Origin: an uncultured bacterium
GTDB taxonomy: Bacteria > Chloroflexota > UBA5177 > JANWHV01
Assembly: GCA_963827235.1 (NCBI GenBank)
Contig: CAWHAE010000016.1
Location: forward strand, 320,001-384,000
DNA length: 64,000 nt
Reading direction: 5' to 3'
Below, in pieces: positions 1-13,875 of this stretch. Each line of letters starts with the position of its first letter. Position 1 is the stretch's first letter. Below the pieces are notes generated by a model, which worked only from the letters and a program-made list of their open reading frames with translations, made no database searches and was not told the DNA's origin. A program made the position numbers and the translations under genes.

Positions 1-62
1 ATCCTGATCACGACGGCACCTACATCTGCTACTACGCGAGCGAGCCGCCGATCGCACGCTGA
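1..62 (+). CDS. Possible 3' end of a CDS entering from the left window edge
   Basis: The frame starting at position 3 reads PDHDGTYICYYASEPPIAR then TGA (60-62) with GC3-rich codons; too short to identify. Confidence 0.35.
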   Translation, partial: PDHDGTYICYYASEPPIAR

Positions 63-527
63 GATCGGCATCGCGTCTGGTCCTCCGCCGCGTGAGCATT
101 AGAAACAGACCACGACCCCACATTCGACGGAAGAATGCGGGGTCGTGGTCTGTTCACCCGAACCGGTAGTGCTTCACGACATGACACATGGCGCGCCGAC
201 CTGTACCATCCGGCATTCGAACCTTCGGCCTATCGAACGTGAGTCCATGGCGTCGCCGGCTGTTCTCGCCGCCGCCGGCGCGATATGGCACTATCTGACC
301 AACCGTACCCGGCGTTTCAATCTCGGATGGCCCAAGCAGCAGACGCATCAGGCCGGCCCGGGTGCCGCAGGCCGCGGTAGCACTCGGCGCGGCGGCAGCT
401 TTCTCCGGTCTGCTGCTCTCTACCGGCCACGCCTCGCCGGCCCTGCTGCGTCTCTGCCTGGTCGTCGTGATCTGGCGGGTGGCCACCAGACCGGGCCGAC
501 GGCGAGCCGGTTTGCTCCTGGGCGCGC

Positions 528-1598
528 TCAAGCCCGGGCCACTTCCATATTGTCGTAGCCCTTGAGCCGGTAGATCAGCGTCGAGGCCATCCAGGCGACG
601 ACAAAGATGCCGATGATGAAGAAGCCCATCTTGTTCAAGTCGATGTCGTCTGCGATGAATCGCCAGAACCCGCCGCTCCCGCCCAGTTCCTGGCCGATCA
701 CCTGCAACGCCTCCAGCATGCCGATCACCAGGGCCACCAGCACGGAGATCAGCGTGATGTTCAGGTTGTAGTACAGCTTGCGAATCGGCTTCACGAAGGC
801 CCAGCCGTATGCCCCAAGCATCAGCACCGAATCCGTCGTGTCGATTAACGTCATGCCGGCCATGAACATCAAGGGAAACACCAGGATGAAGGCGATGGGT
901 AGGTGCGAGGTGCCTGCCGCACCGCCCGTGGCTACGATGCCCAACAGTCCCACCTCGGTGGCCGTGTCAAAGCCAAGACCGAACAGGATGCCGACAGGAT
1001 ACATCTTCCATGAGGAATCGACCTGCCTGATGATCGGTCGGAACAGGCGAGCCAGCAGCCCGCGTTGGTTGAGATACTCCTCGACGCTCTGCTCCTCGTA
1101 CGCGCCGCCACCAGCCACCTGCCGCCACATCTTGTAGATGTCGACGAGGACCAGGATATTGATCGCCGCGATCAGCAGGAGGAAGACTGCAGACACGGTG
1201 GTACCTATGATGCCGATATTGGCGCTGAGCGCCCCATTCTTGACGTCGGTCTGAATCACTTTGAGGGAAAGAGCCAGCAGGAGTGACAGGCCTACCACGA
1301 TCGTCGAGTGACCGAGAGAGAAGAAGACACCGACACCGACCGGGCGCTTGCCGTCCTGCATCAGCTTCCGGGTCACGTTGTCGATAGCGGCGATGTGGTC
1401 GGCATCGACTGCGTGGCGAAGCCCGAAGGTGTAAGCAGTCACGGCTGAAGCGAGGAAGAACGAGTAGTCAGCCGACGCCGCCAGGGTGAGCGCCCAGGCC
1501 ACGATATTCAGCAGGCCCAATCCCCCGTACAGGGAAACGAGCCGGCGCCTGGCATCGGAAGGCAATGCACGATAGACGCTGAGGAAGTTTCGCACCAC
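528..1598 (-). CDS. HoxN/HupN/NixA (NiCoT) family nickel/cobalt transporter
   Basis: Signature motifs RHAVDADHI, FFSLGHST and LGFDTATE with multiple TM helices; start moved to GTG 1598, which follows an AAGGAG SD. Confidence 0.93.
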   Translation of the reverse strand: MVRNFLSVYRALPSDARRRLVSLYGGLGLLNIVAWALTLAASADYSFFLASAVTAYTFGLRHAVDADHIAAIDNVTRKLMQDGKRPVGVGVFFSLGHSTIVVGLSLLLALSLKVIQTDVKNGALSANIGIIGTTVSAVFLLLIAAINILVLVDIYKMWRQVAGGGAYEEQSVEEYLNQRGLLARLFRPIIRQVDSSWKMYPVGILFGLGFDTATEVGLLGIVATGGAAGTSHLPIAFILVFPLMFMAGMTLIDTTDSVLMLGAYGWAFVKPIRKLYYNLNITLISVLVALVIGMLEALQVIGQELGGSGGFWRFIADDIDLNKMGFFIIGIFVVAWMASTLIYRLKGYDNMEVARA

Positions 1599-1716
1599 GA
1601 GCCGTTTCTCCTTCGCAACCTTGCCGACCGGCAACCATCGAGACGTACGCCCACATCGCGGACCATCGGCGCCATGACCCGGCGAATCACTCCCACCTTG
1701 CACGCCCAACACCAAG

Positions 1717-1745
1717 AGAATACCCGAAGATGCAACTCTTTGCAC
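1717..1745 (-). promoter_or_regulatory. Putative sigma70 promoter of the NiCoT gene overlapped by a TGCAA-N4-TTGCA inverted repeat
   Basis: Minus strand GTGCAA-17 nt-TATTCT; inverted repeat tgcaa ctct ttgca at 1731-1744. Confidence 0.45.
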
Positions 1746-1867
1746 CTAGTTCTTGCTACACGAGCACGTCCTTGAGCCTGATGTGTAGCCAATTGAACAC
1801 GTACACTGGGGATTAGCGGGCCAGCCCGGGCGCGGGCGCGATACTGAGCGTTATTGAGGGAGCGCAC

Positions 1868-4819
1868 GTGATGCGAATGCCGATGAGACGCCTGGCGATT
1901 ATTCCGCTCCTACTTGCGCCGCTGCTTCTCAGCAGCACGCGTGTGCGCGAGGCGGCTGCCCTCCCTAGGGGCACCGCGGCCGGCGGAGCCGGCCCGTCGT
2001 CGCCGACCGGCACCTACGCCTACGGCACAGTGCTGCCTGACGGGCGGTTGGTCACGCCCGCCGGCACACTATATGACGTTGGCGACTTTCCCATCGGTCT
2101 GGCTATTTCGCCGGATGGCGTGCTCGCCGCCGCCATCAACAGCGGGCAGGGCTTCGGGCTCAACAAGGGATTCCAGAGCTACTGCACTGCGGTAGGTCAG
2201 GGCGGCGCCCCGTGCCCGTACGCTAATCCGACCAACCCGGTGCTCGCTGCCACGGCCGGCGATCGGTCAACACGCGCCCCCGATGAGTCGCTGACCGTAG
2301 TCAACCTGCGCACGGGCACGAGAACACAGGTGACAGCCGTGCCTACTACTTATGATCCGGCGCATCATGGAAGCGGCAGCTACAACGACTTCTACAGTGG
2401 CGTCACCTTCTCGCCCGACGGTTCGCACCTCTACGCCGCCGGCGGAGCCAACGACGCACTCTACGACTTCGCCGTGCATGGCGACTCGGTAAGCCCGTCT
2501 CCGCTCCATACCGTCAGGCTGCCGAGCAGCGTGCCGAGCGTGATCGGCTCGGGCATCACCAAGGACGTGGCGGTAACGCCGGACGGTAAGTACGTGCTCG
2601 TCACGCACGAGCTCAACGATTCACTGGACATTGTCGACGCCGCTACACAACAGGTGCACAGCGTCAGCTTCGGCTTGCCGTTCCTCGGTAGCGGTTATCC
2701 GTACGGTGTGGCGGTGAGCCCCGACGGCGGCACGGCCTATGTGGCCCTGCAGGGCGCCGGCAGCGTGGCCGTGGTCACGCTGCGCGGTGGGATCGGCCTC
2801 GTCCACCAGCGCATCACCGTGGGAGACCATCCGACTGCGCTGGCACTGAGCCCGGACGGATCCCAGCTCTACGTGGCCAACACGAACGACGATACGCTCT
2901 CCATCGTGATCACGGCGAGCGGCCGCCTGGCCGCATCAATCCCACTGCACGCCCTTTCGGGCGAGAAGCTCGGCTCCTCGCCGGACGCGGTTGCCGTGAG
3001 CCCGAACGGGCGACGGCTCTACGTAGCGCTGGCAGGCGACGACGCCGTGGCCGTGCTCGGAAGCGACGTCGCTGCTCCGAAAGCCGGCTCCAGCCCGCCG
3101 GCGACCACCTTTCGCCTGCAGGGATTCATTCCCGCGGCGTGGTATCCGAGCGCGGTAGCCGTGAGTCGCGGTGGTGATGCCGTCTACATCGTGAATGCGA
3201 AAGGGCTGGGCAGCAGGCCCGGCCCGATCACCTCATCTTTCGAGTACGTGGGGAACAACATGCCGGGCCTGCTGCAGGCTGTGCCCGCCCCCACTCTGTC
3301 CGCACTTCGACATGGCGCGGCGACGGCCCGTGAGGATATCCAGTACGCTCAGGCCGACGACGCCAGCCGCTCCGCGCACAATCCGATTCCTGCCGGCCCG
3401 GGCGGCTCGAGCCCGATCCAGCATGTGGTTCTGGTTGTGCGCGAGAATCGCACCTTCGATCAGGTGCTCGGCGACGCCGGCGCCGACGAAGGGCGCAACC
3501 GGGCTCAGCTCGACGGCTACCCGCCCTATACCGTGTTCGGGCGGGAGACAACGCCGAATGCCCATGCCCTGGTTGGCGATCCGCTGCCCGGGACGCGCGA
3601 TCCCGCGTATGCCACGAGCGACAACTTCTACTCGGACGGCGAGGCAAGCATCCAGGGTCACTACTGGACGACCAGCGCCGACGTGTCCGATTACGTCGAG
3701 AAGTCGTGGCGTCTCTACTACTCACCTCGGCCACACCTGGAAGATCCATTGTCGTCGCTGGCTGAGCCCGGTGGCTGCTCCATTTTCCAGTCGGCCTTGC
3801 AGCGGCAGGCTGACTCGCACGGCGCATTCACGTTCCGCGACTACGGGGAGGTGATCGGCGTGAGCAATCCCGCCGCCATCGCGGGCGCGCTCACGCTCCC
3901 GGGCAACGCCTCGCTCGGCGTGGTGGAGCACTGCGCCGCCGTTCCGGGCGTGGACCTTGACTTCGCGAACGGCAGCATCTTCACGTTCGATACCGACAAC
4001 CGGAAGGACGCCACATCATTCCTGGCCGACAATGGCCTCACCACGGCGGGCTCGCAGATTCCCGGCTCGCGGGCAAGCCTGCGAGACTTTAGCTACCTGA
4101 TCCTGCCTGGGGACCACACCGGCGGCCTTGCCTTCGCGGACACGCCTCGCGCCCGAGTAGCTCAGAACGATGCCGGGATGGGTCTGATCGTGCAATCGCT
4201 CAGCCACTCACGCTATTGGTCGAGCACCGCCATCTTCGTGATGGAGGACGACAGCCAGGATGGGCTCGATCATGTCGACGGGCACAGGAACCTGCTCTAC
4301 GCGATTAGCCCCTATGCCAAGCACAGCGGGCCCGACGGCAAGCCCGGGTACGTCAGCCACGTGCACTACAGCCAGGCATCGGTGCTCAAGACAATTGAGC
4401 TGATCCTCGGATTCCCGTATCTGTCCACATACGACCAGAATGCTTCGCCGCTCTACAACCTGTTTCAAGACAAGGACATCGCTGCCGAGCTGACCGCGAC
4501 GGACATGGCGCCGTACGTCGTGCAGCGATCGCCTTCGTTCATCGACGAGACGTCCGCCCAATACAGGAGGGCGAACCCGGCCACCTCGCTCGCCCCGGCG
4601 CGAGAATCGCTAACGCTCAACCTTCAGGCGGTCGATCTGGCCGGGCCGATGCTCGAGGTGGTGGATTGGCAGATCGCGCATCCCAGGACAAGACTGCCGC
4701 AGCCCCTGGTCCACGAGCTGCGGCAGTCCCGCCTGGCTATTCAACTCTCCGGCCCTGTCGCGCGCCTCTTCACACCGCTCGGCTCAGCTTCTAGGCCGGC
4801 CGGCGGTCCCCGACGATGA
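1868..4819 (+). CDS. Secreted YncE/YVTN beta-propeller fused to an alkaline-phosphatase-superfamily phosphoesterase
   Basis: Signal peptide; repeated P..LA.SPDG..LYV propeller blades; C-terminal HVVLVVRENRTFD and EDDSQDGLDHVDGHR motifs. Confidence 0.85.
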   Translation: MMRMPMRRLAIIPLLLAPLLLSSTRVREAAALPRGTAAGGAGPSSPTGTYAYGTVLPDGRLVTPAGTLYDVGDFPIGLAISPDGVLAAAINSGQGFGLNKGFQSYCTAVGQGGAPCPYANPTNPVLAATAGDRSTRAPDESLTVVNLRTGTRTQVTAVPTTYDPAHHGSGSYNDFYSGVTFSPDGSHLYAAGGANDALYDFAVHGDSVSPSPLHTVRLPSSVPSVIGSGITKDVAVTPDGKYVLVTHELNDSLDIVDAATQQVHSVSFGLPFLGSGYPYGVAVSPDGGTAYVALQGAGSVAVVTLRGGIGLVHQRITVGDHPTALALSPDGSQLYVANTNDDTLSIVITASGRLAASIPLHALSGEKLGSSPDAVAVSPNGRRLYVALAGDDAVAVLGSDVAAPKAGSSPPATTFRLQGFIPAAWYPSAVAVSRGGDAVYIVNAKGLGSRPGPITSSFEYVGNNMPGLLQAVPAPTLSALRHGAATAREDIQYAQADDASRSAHNPIPAGPGGSSPIQHVVLVVRENRTFDQVLGDAGADEGRNRAQLDGYPPYTVFGRETTPNAHALVGDPLPGTRDPAYATSDNFYSDGEASIQGHYWTTSADVSDYVEKSWRLYYSPRPHLEDPLSSLAEPGGCSIFQSALQRQADSHGAFTFRDYGEVIGVSNPAAIAGALTLPGNASLGVVEHCAAVPGVDLDFANGSIFTFDTDNRKDATSFLADNGLTTAGSQIPGSRASLRDFSYLILPGDHTGGLAFADTPRARVAQNDAGMGLIVQSLSHSRYWSSTAIFVMEDDSQDGLDHVDGHRNLLYAISPYAKHSGPDGKPGYVSHVHYSQASVLKTIELILGFPYLSTYDQNASPLYNLFQDKDIAAELTATDMAPYVVQRSPSFIDETSAQYRRANPATSLAPARESLTLNLQAVDLAGPMLEVVDWQIAHPRTRLPQPLVHELRQSRLAIQLSGPVARLFTPLGSASRPAGGPRR

Positions 4820-4869
4820 CGACGTACGGAAGAGAGCTCAGCGGGCCCGATCGACCATCGTAGCTCGCC

Positions 4870-6072
4870 TCAAGGGCGCACCGCGGTGCCGTCGGGAAGG
4901 CGTGTCATCGTCCACTCGGGCACGCCGTCTTCGCATGGGTATTTAGCAGCTTCGGACTCGTCGATATCGACGCCCAGTCCGGGTGCTTCGTGCACGTAGG
5001 CGTACCCGTTCTGTATCTGCGGGCAGCCGGGAAACACCTGCTGCTCGGCCTCCGAGAAGCTCGACCACTCCTGCACGCCGAAGTTGCTCGATGCGAGGTC
5101 GAGATGCAGGTTAGCGGCATGTCCAATCGGCGACACGTCGCCGGGGCCGTGCCAGGCGGTGCGCACGCCGTACCACTCGCAGAGCATCGCGAGCTTGCGC
5201 GCCGGAGTGAGTCCGCCGATCGCACTCAGATGCACGCGGATGAAGTCGATAAGCCGGTTGGTCACCAGGGACTTCCACTCCAGTGGATGAGTGAACAGCT
5301 CGCCCATGGCAATCGGCGTTGCACTCTGCTGCCGGATCATGGTGAACCACTCTACGTGTTCCGGCGCCAGGGGATCTTCGAGGAAGAACAAGCGATATGG
5401 TTCCAGGGCTTTCGCCATGCGCACAGCTTCGATCGGCGCCACCCGCTCGTGCACGTCGTGCAGCAGCTCGATCTCGAAACCGACATGCGATCGCATGTAG
5501 TCGAACAGGGGCGGAATACTTCGGGCGTAGCCGTCCGCGTCGAAGTAGGCGCCGGGCTGGGCATCGACAGGACGATGCCGCCTGGGACCCAGTCCGCCGT
5601 AGCCGCCCAACTGGCAGCGCAGGAACATGTAGCCCTGCTCCATATAGGCGCGAACCTTTTCCTCCACCTCTGCCGGCTCTCGTCCGTCGCAATGGCGGTA
5701 CACGGCCACTCCCTCGCGGCACTTGCCTCCCAGCAGCTGGTAGACCGGCAGGTTGGCCAGCTTGCCCTTGATGTCCCAGAGTGCCATGTCGAGCCCGGAG
5801 AGCGCGTTGTTCAGCACCGGTCCGTTGCGCCAGTACGAGTTCTGGTAAACAAGCTGCCACAGGTCCTCGATTCGTTGCGGATCCTTACCCACCACGCACG
5901 GCCGAACATACTCGTCGACCGCAGCCTTCACCGCCAGGGGCCGCTGCGTGAACGTGGCACAGCCCAGGCCGTACAGTCCCGGCTCACTGGTCTCGACTTT
6001 CACCACGACGAGACGAATGCCGCTTGGCGCCGTGAGGATAGCACGGACGTCGCGAATGGTCACCGTAGACAT
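4870..6072 (-). CDS. Enolase-superfamily dehydratase, RspA/mannonate dehydratase-like
   Basis: YWRNGPVLNNALSGLDMALWDIKGK, LLHDVHER, FFLEDP, MGELF and AWHGPGDVSP motifs. Confidence 0.88.
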   Translation of the reverse strand: MSTVTIRDVRAILTAPSGIRLVVVKVETSEPGLYGLGCATFTQRPLAVKAAVDEYVRPCVVGKDPQRIEDLWQLVYQNSYWRNGPVLNNALSGLDMALWDIKGKLANLPVYQLLGGKCREGVAVYRHCDGREPAEVEEKVRAYMEQGYMFLRCQLGGYGGLGPRRHRPVDAQPGAYFDADGYARSIPPLFDYMRSHVGFEIELLHDVHERVAPIEAVRMAKALEPYRLFFLEDPLAPEHVEWFTMIRQQSATPIAMGELFTHPLEWKSLVTNRLIDFIRVHLSAIGGLTPARKLAMLCEWYGVRTAWHGPGDVSPIGHAANLHLDLASSNFGVQEWSSFSEAEQQVFPGCPQIQNGYAYVHEAPGLGVDIDESEAAKYPCEDGVPEWTMTRLPDGTAVRP

Positions 6073-6352
6073 GAGCGCCTCCCTGAGCATTCACTTTCGG
6101 AATTCGGCGGGGCCTACCGGCTGGCAACCGGCGAAGACGCCGCCAACGCGGCTCGCTTTTGTCAGGCCGCGACCAGCCTCATGATATATCGCCCGCACCC
6201 GACCGGCATCCTCATCCGCGGCGGCAGCGGGATGAAACCGACATCGGCTAGCGGCCCAGAGTCACCTGTAGTACGCTTCCAGCAGAGTGAGTCGTAGGGC
6301 TCGGGCCTGCCGGTGGCAAGCGATTGGCGCACCGAAGAAGAAGAGGTGACTG

Positions 6353-7150
6353 ATGGACGTATCGAGCGAGCGCGCTCCGTTTTGGCTGGGCGATGAGGTG
6401 GCACTTGTCACAGGAGCCGGTTCCGGCATCGGGGCAGAAATCGCCCGTCTCTTCGCCAGGCAAGGTGCCAGGGTGGTCATAGGCGACGTGGACGAACAGC
6501 GGGGCAGCGCGGTGGCACGCGAAGTGGCCAAGGCGTTCGATGGGCGGTGCCGATTCCAGCCGATGGACGTAGCGAGCGCTGCTTCCGCTCGCTCCGCCGT
6601 TCAGGCAACTGTGGACGCCTTCGGCGGTCTGCACATCTTGGTCAATAACGCGGGAATTGGCTACGTCGGCGACCTGCTTGAGACCGACGAGCAGGAGTTC
6701 GCCCGCCTGATGGGCGTCAACGTGACCGGCGTGTTCAACTGTTCCAAGGCTGCTGTGGCCTGGATGGTCGAGCACGGGGGCGGAGTCGTGGTCAACATCG
6801 CCTCCGTGGCCGGCCAGGTCGGCGTGAGGCGCCGATTCGCCTACGGCGCTTCCAAGGGCGCCGTGATCGCCATGACGAAGAGCATGGCAGTCGACCTGGT
6901 TGACCGCGGCGTGCGTGTGAACTGCATCTGCCCTGGCACCATACATACGCCATTCGTGGACGGCTACCTCGATCGCTTCCATGCCCACAATCGCGAGGAA
7001 ACCCTGGCGGGCCTCCACTCGCGCCAACCGGTTGGACGCATGGGCAGGCCGGACGAGATTGCGTACGCTGCCCTGTACCTTGCCTCCGACGAAGCGTCCT
7101 TTGCCACCGGCGCCGCGATGGTCGTGGATGGCGGACTGACCGCGCAATAG
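6353..7150 (+). CDS. SDR family oxidoreductase
   Basis: TGAGSGIG, NNAG, YGASK catalytic motif, C-terminal VDGG; good SD. Confidence 0.93.
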   Translation: MDVSSERAPFWLGDEVALVTGAGSGIGAEIARLFARQGARVVIGDVDEQRGSAVAREVAKAFDGRCRFQPMDVASAASARSAVQATVDAFGGLHILVNNAGIGYVGDLLETDEQEFARLMGVNVTGVFNCSKAAVAWMVEHGGGVVVNIASVAGQVGVRRRFAYGASKGAVIAMTKSMAVDLVDRGVRVNCICPGTIHTPFVDGYLDRFHAHNREETLAGLHSRQPVGRMGRPDEIAYAALYLASDEASFATGAAMVVDGGLTAQ

Positions 7151-7393
7151 GCCTATCTGCCTAGTGCCGGTGATCTAGGGCAGTTGACGCAGCCGGCGCC
7201 GATAGACTACACGGCCGGCAGACGGTTGCTTGCTGGGGATGCTAAGCTGGTCAAGGCAATATCGCCGCGTGGGGCATGTCTCGTTCCGAGAGGTGTCTAG
7301 CCACGAGCGGTCCATGCATGCGACGAACTGATACGCGACCAGCCGCGTCAAACGCGAATCTGGAGCCCTTTCCCCGTCGAGCGGCGCTGCACT

Positions 7394-8908
7394 GTGCGAG
7401 CAGTGGACGCGCCCCGCCCGGCGACCGGGCATAACTGGAGCAGGAGACGGGTCAAGCTGAGCCACATACCAAGTAGCGGCGCACGCGAGGCGGTACAGCG
7501 GCTCTTCCGAGCTGCCGTGCGCTCGCTGCCGCGTGACCCTCGACGACGTGGTGTCGCGGGCGCGATCCTGGCCGCCGTGGCGGTCGCTCTCGTGGCTCTC
7601 ATCGTGACCTTGAACGGCACGCACAGAGCCGCCGTCCCCGTGCCCACTCCGACGCCGGCACCGGCCCCTCGGCCGCCGGTCGCCGCACCTACCCGAATCG
7701 TGCGCTTACCCTCGCCTACCGGTACACCGGCGGCGCAGCCGACTCCACGGCCATCATCCACGAGCCGCGCACGGCGCATAGCGACCGCCACCGCGACCGC
7801 CCGTCCGCGAAGCACGCGCCCTCGCCCCACACCGACGCGGCGATTACCACCCGCGACTCCGGCGCGTCGGCGCGCCACTTCCACTCCCCGGCGATTCACG
7901 CCCACGCCCACCGTCAAGCCGAGTCCGACTGCCAGTCCGACGCCCACGATGCACCCGTCGTTTGTCCCGGGTCCACTCAACGGCGAGAAGACAGCCTGGG
8001 CCGTCGCGCATCGCCGGCCCATCGCGGTGATGGTAGAGAACTACGATCCGGACTCGCGACCGCAGACGGGATTGTCGTCTGCCAGCCTGGTGTTCGAGAC
8101 CGTGGCGGAAGGCGGCATCACGCGTTTCATGCCGGTCTACCTGGAGAACGTTCCCGCCGAGGTCGGCCCAGTGCGCAGTGCCAGGGTGTATTTCAATGCC
8201 TGGGCCAACGGGCTGCACGCCATACTCGTCCACGCTGGAGGCAACGACGACGCCCTGGCGCAGCTCTTCACCCTGCATAACATCGCCGACGTCAATGAAG
8301 TCAAATGGGAGAATGCTTACTACAACCCCACGGTGCCGTTCTTTGCGCGCTCGCCGGACAGGGTGATTCCGCACAATATGTACACATTCCCGCTCAAGGT
8401 GCTGGCGTACGAGCGGAGCCAGCACGTCCAGATATCCGGCAGCTTCCCGGACTCGTTGCAACATCACGTGCCCGACAATCCCATCCACCGTCCAACTGGA
8501 GGCGTGCTGGACGTCAACTTCTCCTGGTCGGACTACGCCGTCGAGTACCGCTACGATCGGGCCTCGAACCGCTATCCACGCTTCATGGGCGGCGCTCCGC
8601 ACGTGGAGGCCAGTACCGGTCACCAGCTCGCGCCCAGCAACATCGTGGTCATGATGGCGTCAATAGAGCCCGATCCGTACGGCGGTGCTTCCAACCCGGG
8701 CGCGGTGTACGTGCAATCCACGGGGAAGAACCTCGCCTATCTCTTCCGGGACGGCCGGGAGATCAAGGGGACCTGGCACAAGCCGCACGGCAGCAGTCAT
8801 CTGCTCCTGCTGGACAAGCACGGAAGGCCCTTCTCCTTCAACCCCGGGCAGACGTGGATCGAGGTCCTCCCCGCGACCGGAAGCATGAGCTGGACGGCCG
8901 GGAAATGA
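7394..8908 (+). CDS. Membrane-anchored DUF3048 (YerB-like) protein with Pro/Thr/Arg-rich stalk; start uncertain
   Basis: TM helix, PTPT-rich linker, then RPIAVMVEN...RPQTGL...AEGGITRF...GPVRSAR. Confidence 0.82.
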   Translation: MRAVDAPRPATGHNWSRRRVKLSHIPSSGAREAVQRLFRAAVRSLPRDPRRRGVAGAILAAVAVALVALIVTLNGTHRAAVPVPTPTPAPAPRPPVAAPTRIVRLPSPTGTPAAQPTPRPSSTSRARRIATATATARPRSTRPRPTPTRRLPPATPARRRATSTPRRFTPTPTVKPSPTASPTPTMHPSFVPGPLNGEKTAWAVAHRRPIAVMVENYDPDSRPQTGLSSASLVFETVAEGGITRFMPVYLENVPAEVGPVRSARVYFNAWANGLHAILVHAGGNDDALAQLFTLHNIADVNEVKWENAYYNPTVPFFARSPDRVIPHNMYTFPLKVLAYERSQHVQISGSFPDSLQHHVPDNPIHRPTGGVLDVNFSWSDYAVEYRYDRASNRYPRFMGGAPHVEASTGHQLAPSNIVVMMASIEPDPYGGASNPGAVYVQSTGKNLAYLFRDGREIKGTWHKPHGSSHLLLLDKHGRPFSFNPGQTWIEVLPATGSMSWTAGK

Positions 8909-9000
8909 CCGGCGGTATTCCGGATATCTCAGCCCCTGCAAGATTCCAAGCCGCTACCATTGAGAAGCGCTCAGCAAGCAGCCCGAGAAAGGGTACAGAC

Positions 9001-9381
9001 ATGGCAGTACGAAGAGTGCAGGTGTTCTCCGTCCCGGTTTCAGACCAGGCCCGCGCGCGTGATTTCTACGTCGGCACGCTGGACTTCGATCTGATCTCAG
9101 ACACGCCCATGGGGCCGGAGCAACGCTGGGTCCAGGTGGCTCCGAAGGGCGCTGCCACGTCAATTACCCTGGTAACCTGGTTCGACTCGATGCCGCCCGG
9201 TTCCATGCAAGGCATCGTTCTGGAGACGGACAGTCTGGAGGCCGACATCGAGCTTCTGAGCGGGCGCGGCGTCAAATTCGACGGCGCCATAGAGGAGCAG
9301 CCGTGGGGTCGATTCGTGACGTTCTCCGACCCAGACGGGAACGGCTTCGTGCTTCAGGCCCCGGCACACCCCGGCGTCTGA
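9001..9381 (+). CDS. VOC/glyoxalase family protein
   Basis: VPVSDQARARDFY...EQPWGRFVTFSDPDGNGFVL; ATG at 9001 after AAAGGG. Confidence 0.9.
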   Translation: MAVRRVQVFSVPVSDQARARDFYVGTLDFDLISDTPMGPEQRWVQVAPKGAATSITLVTWFDSMPPGSMQGIVLETDSLEADIELLSGRGVKFDGAIEEQPWGRFVTFSDPDGNGFVLQAPAHPGV

Positions 9382-9390
9382 GCGCGAGAC

Positions 9391-9432
9391 ACGCGAGCTG
9401 CCCAGTGCCGAACCACGCCGGGCAGCTCGCGT
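9391..9432. terminator. Hairpin, likely bidirectional terminator between convergent VOC gene and argG
   Basis: 13-bp perfect stem acgcgagctgccc / gggcagctcgcgt. Confidence 0.65.
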
Positions 9433-9443
9433 TTGTCGTATGA

Positions 9444-13403
<3,960 letters not shown>

Positions 13404-13875
13404 ATTACCGTGCGCTGCCGCAGACGTCCGCGTCTGGGCTCGGAGCTAGAGGCGCCGCTCGCCCCTGATGAAGTGCCGGTAGTGTCCGTGCCGGTGCTGA
13501 GGAGGCCGGGACGCTGCCGGCGGCTGCGTGCCGCCCAGGGCCGGTGCTCGATCGTGTGATTGACCACGTAGCACACCGTCTGCTAGTCTGGCCGTGGATA
13601 TGGCCGTGGGGCCTGGCGCGCCCGGTGTCATGGGCTTTGCTGGAACTAGGACGTGGCGGCTGCATTCTCAGTGCCTGCATGGAATGCCTGACTCGTGCCG
13701 TCTCGAGTCCGGTCCTCGGGCGTCGGCGACTCCAACGTACGTCTCGCAGGTCTTGTCGGCCATGAAAAGCACGGTCGCGGACTTCTACGGCCGGAAGTTC
13801 AGGAACTGGTGCGGCAATCGCATGTCCTGGACGATCGCCTAAGCCGCGAAGCCATGGAGTCGTGAGACGTATCGA

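Noticed and set aside
100-565. Short ORFs between the window start and the NiCoT stop
   Set aside because: No recognisable motif or SD, and they partly overlap NiCoT; cannot be supported as genes
1600-1860. NiCo or cobalamin riboswitch upstream of the NiCoT gene
   Set aside because: No conserved riboswitch elements are recognisable; a DNA operator explains the region better
4990-6297. Long antisense or alternate-frame ORFs (e.g. 435 aa here, 53531-54556, 54397-55374)
   Set aside because: Shadow ORFs of real genes, expected from high-GC codon bias
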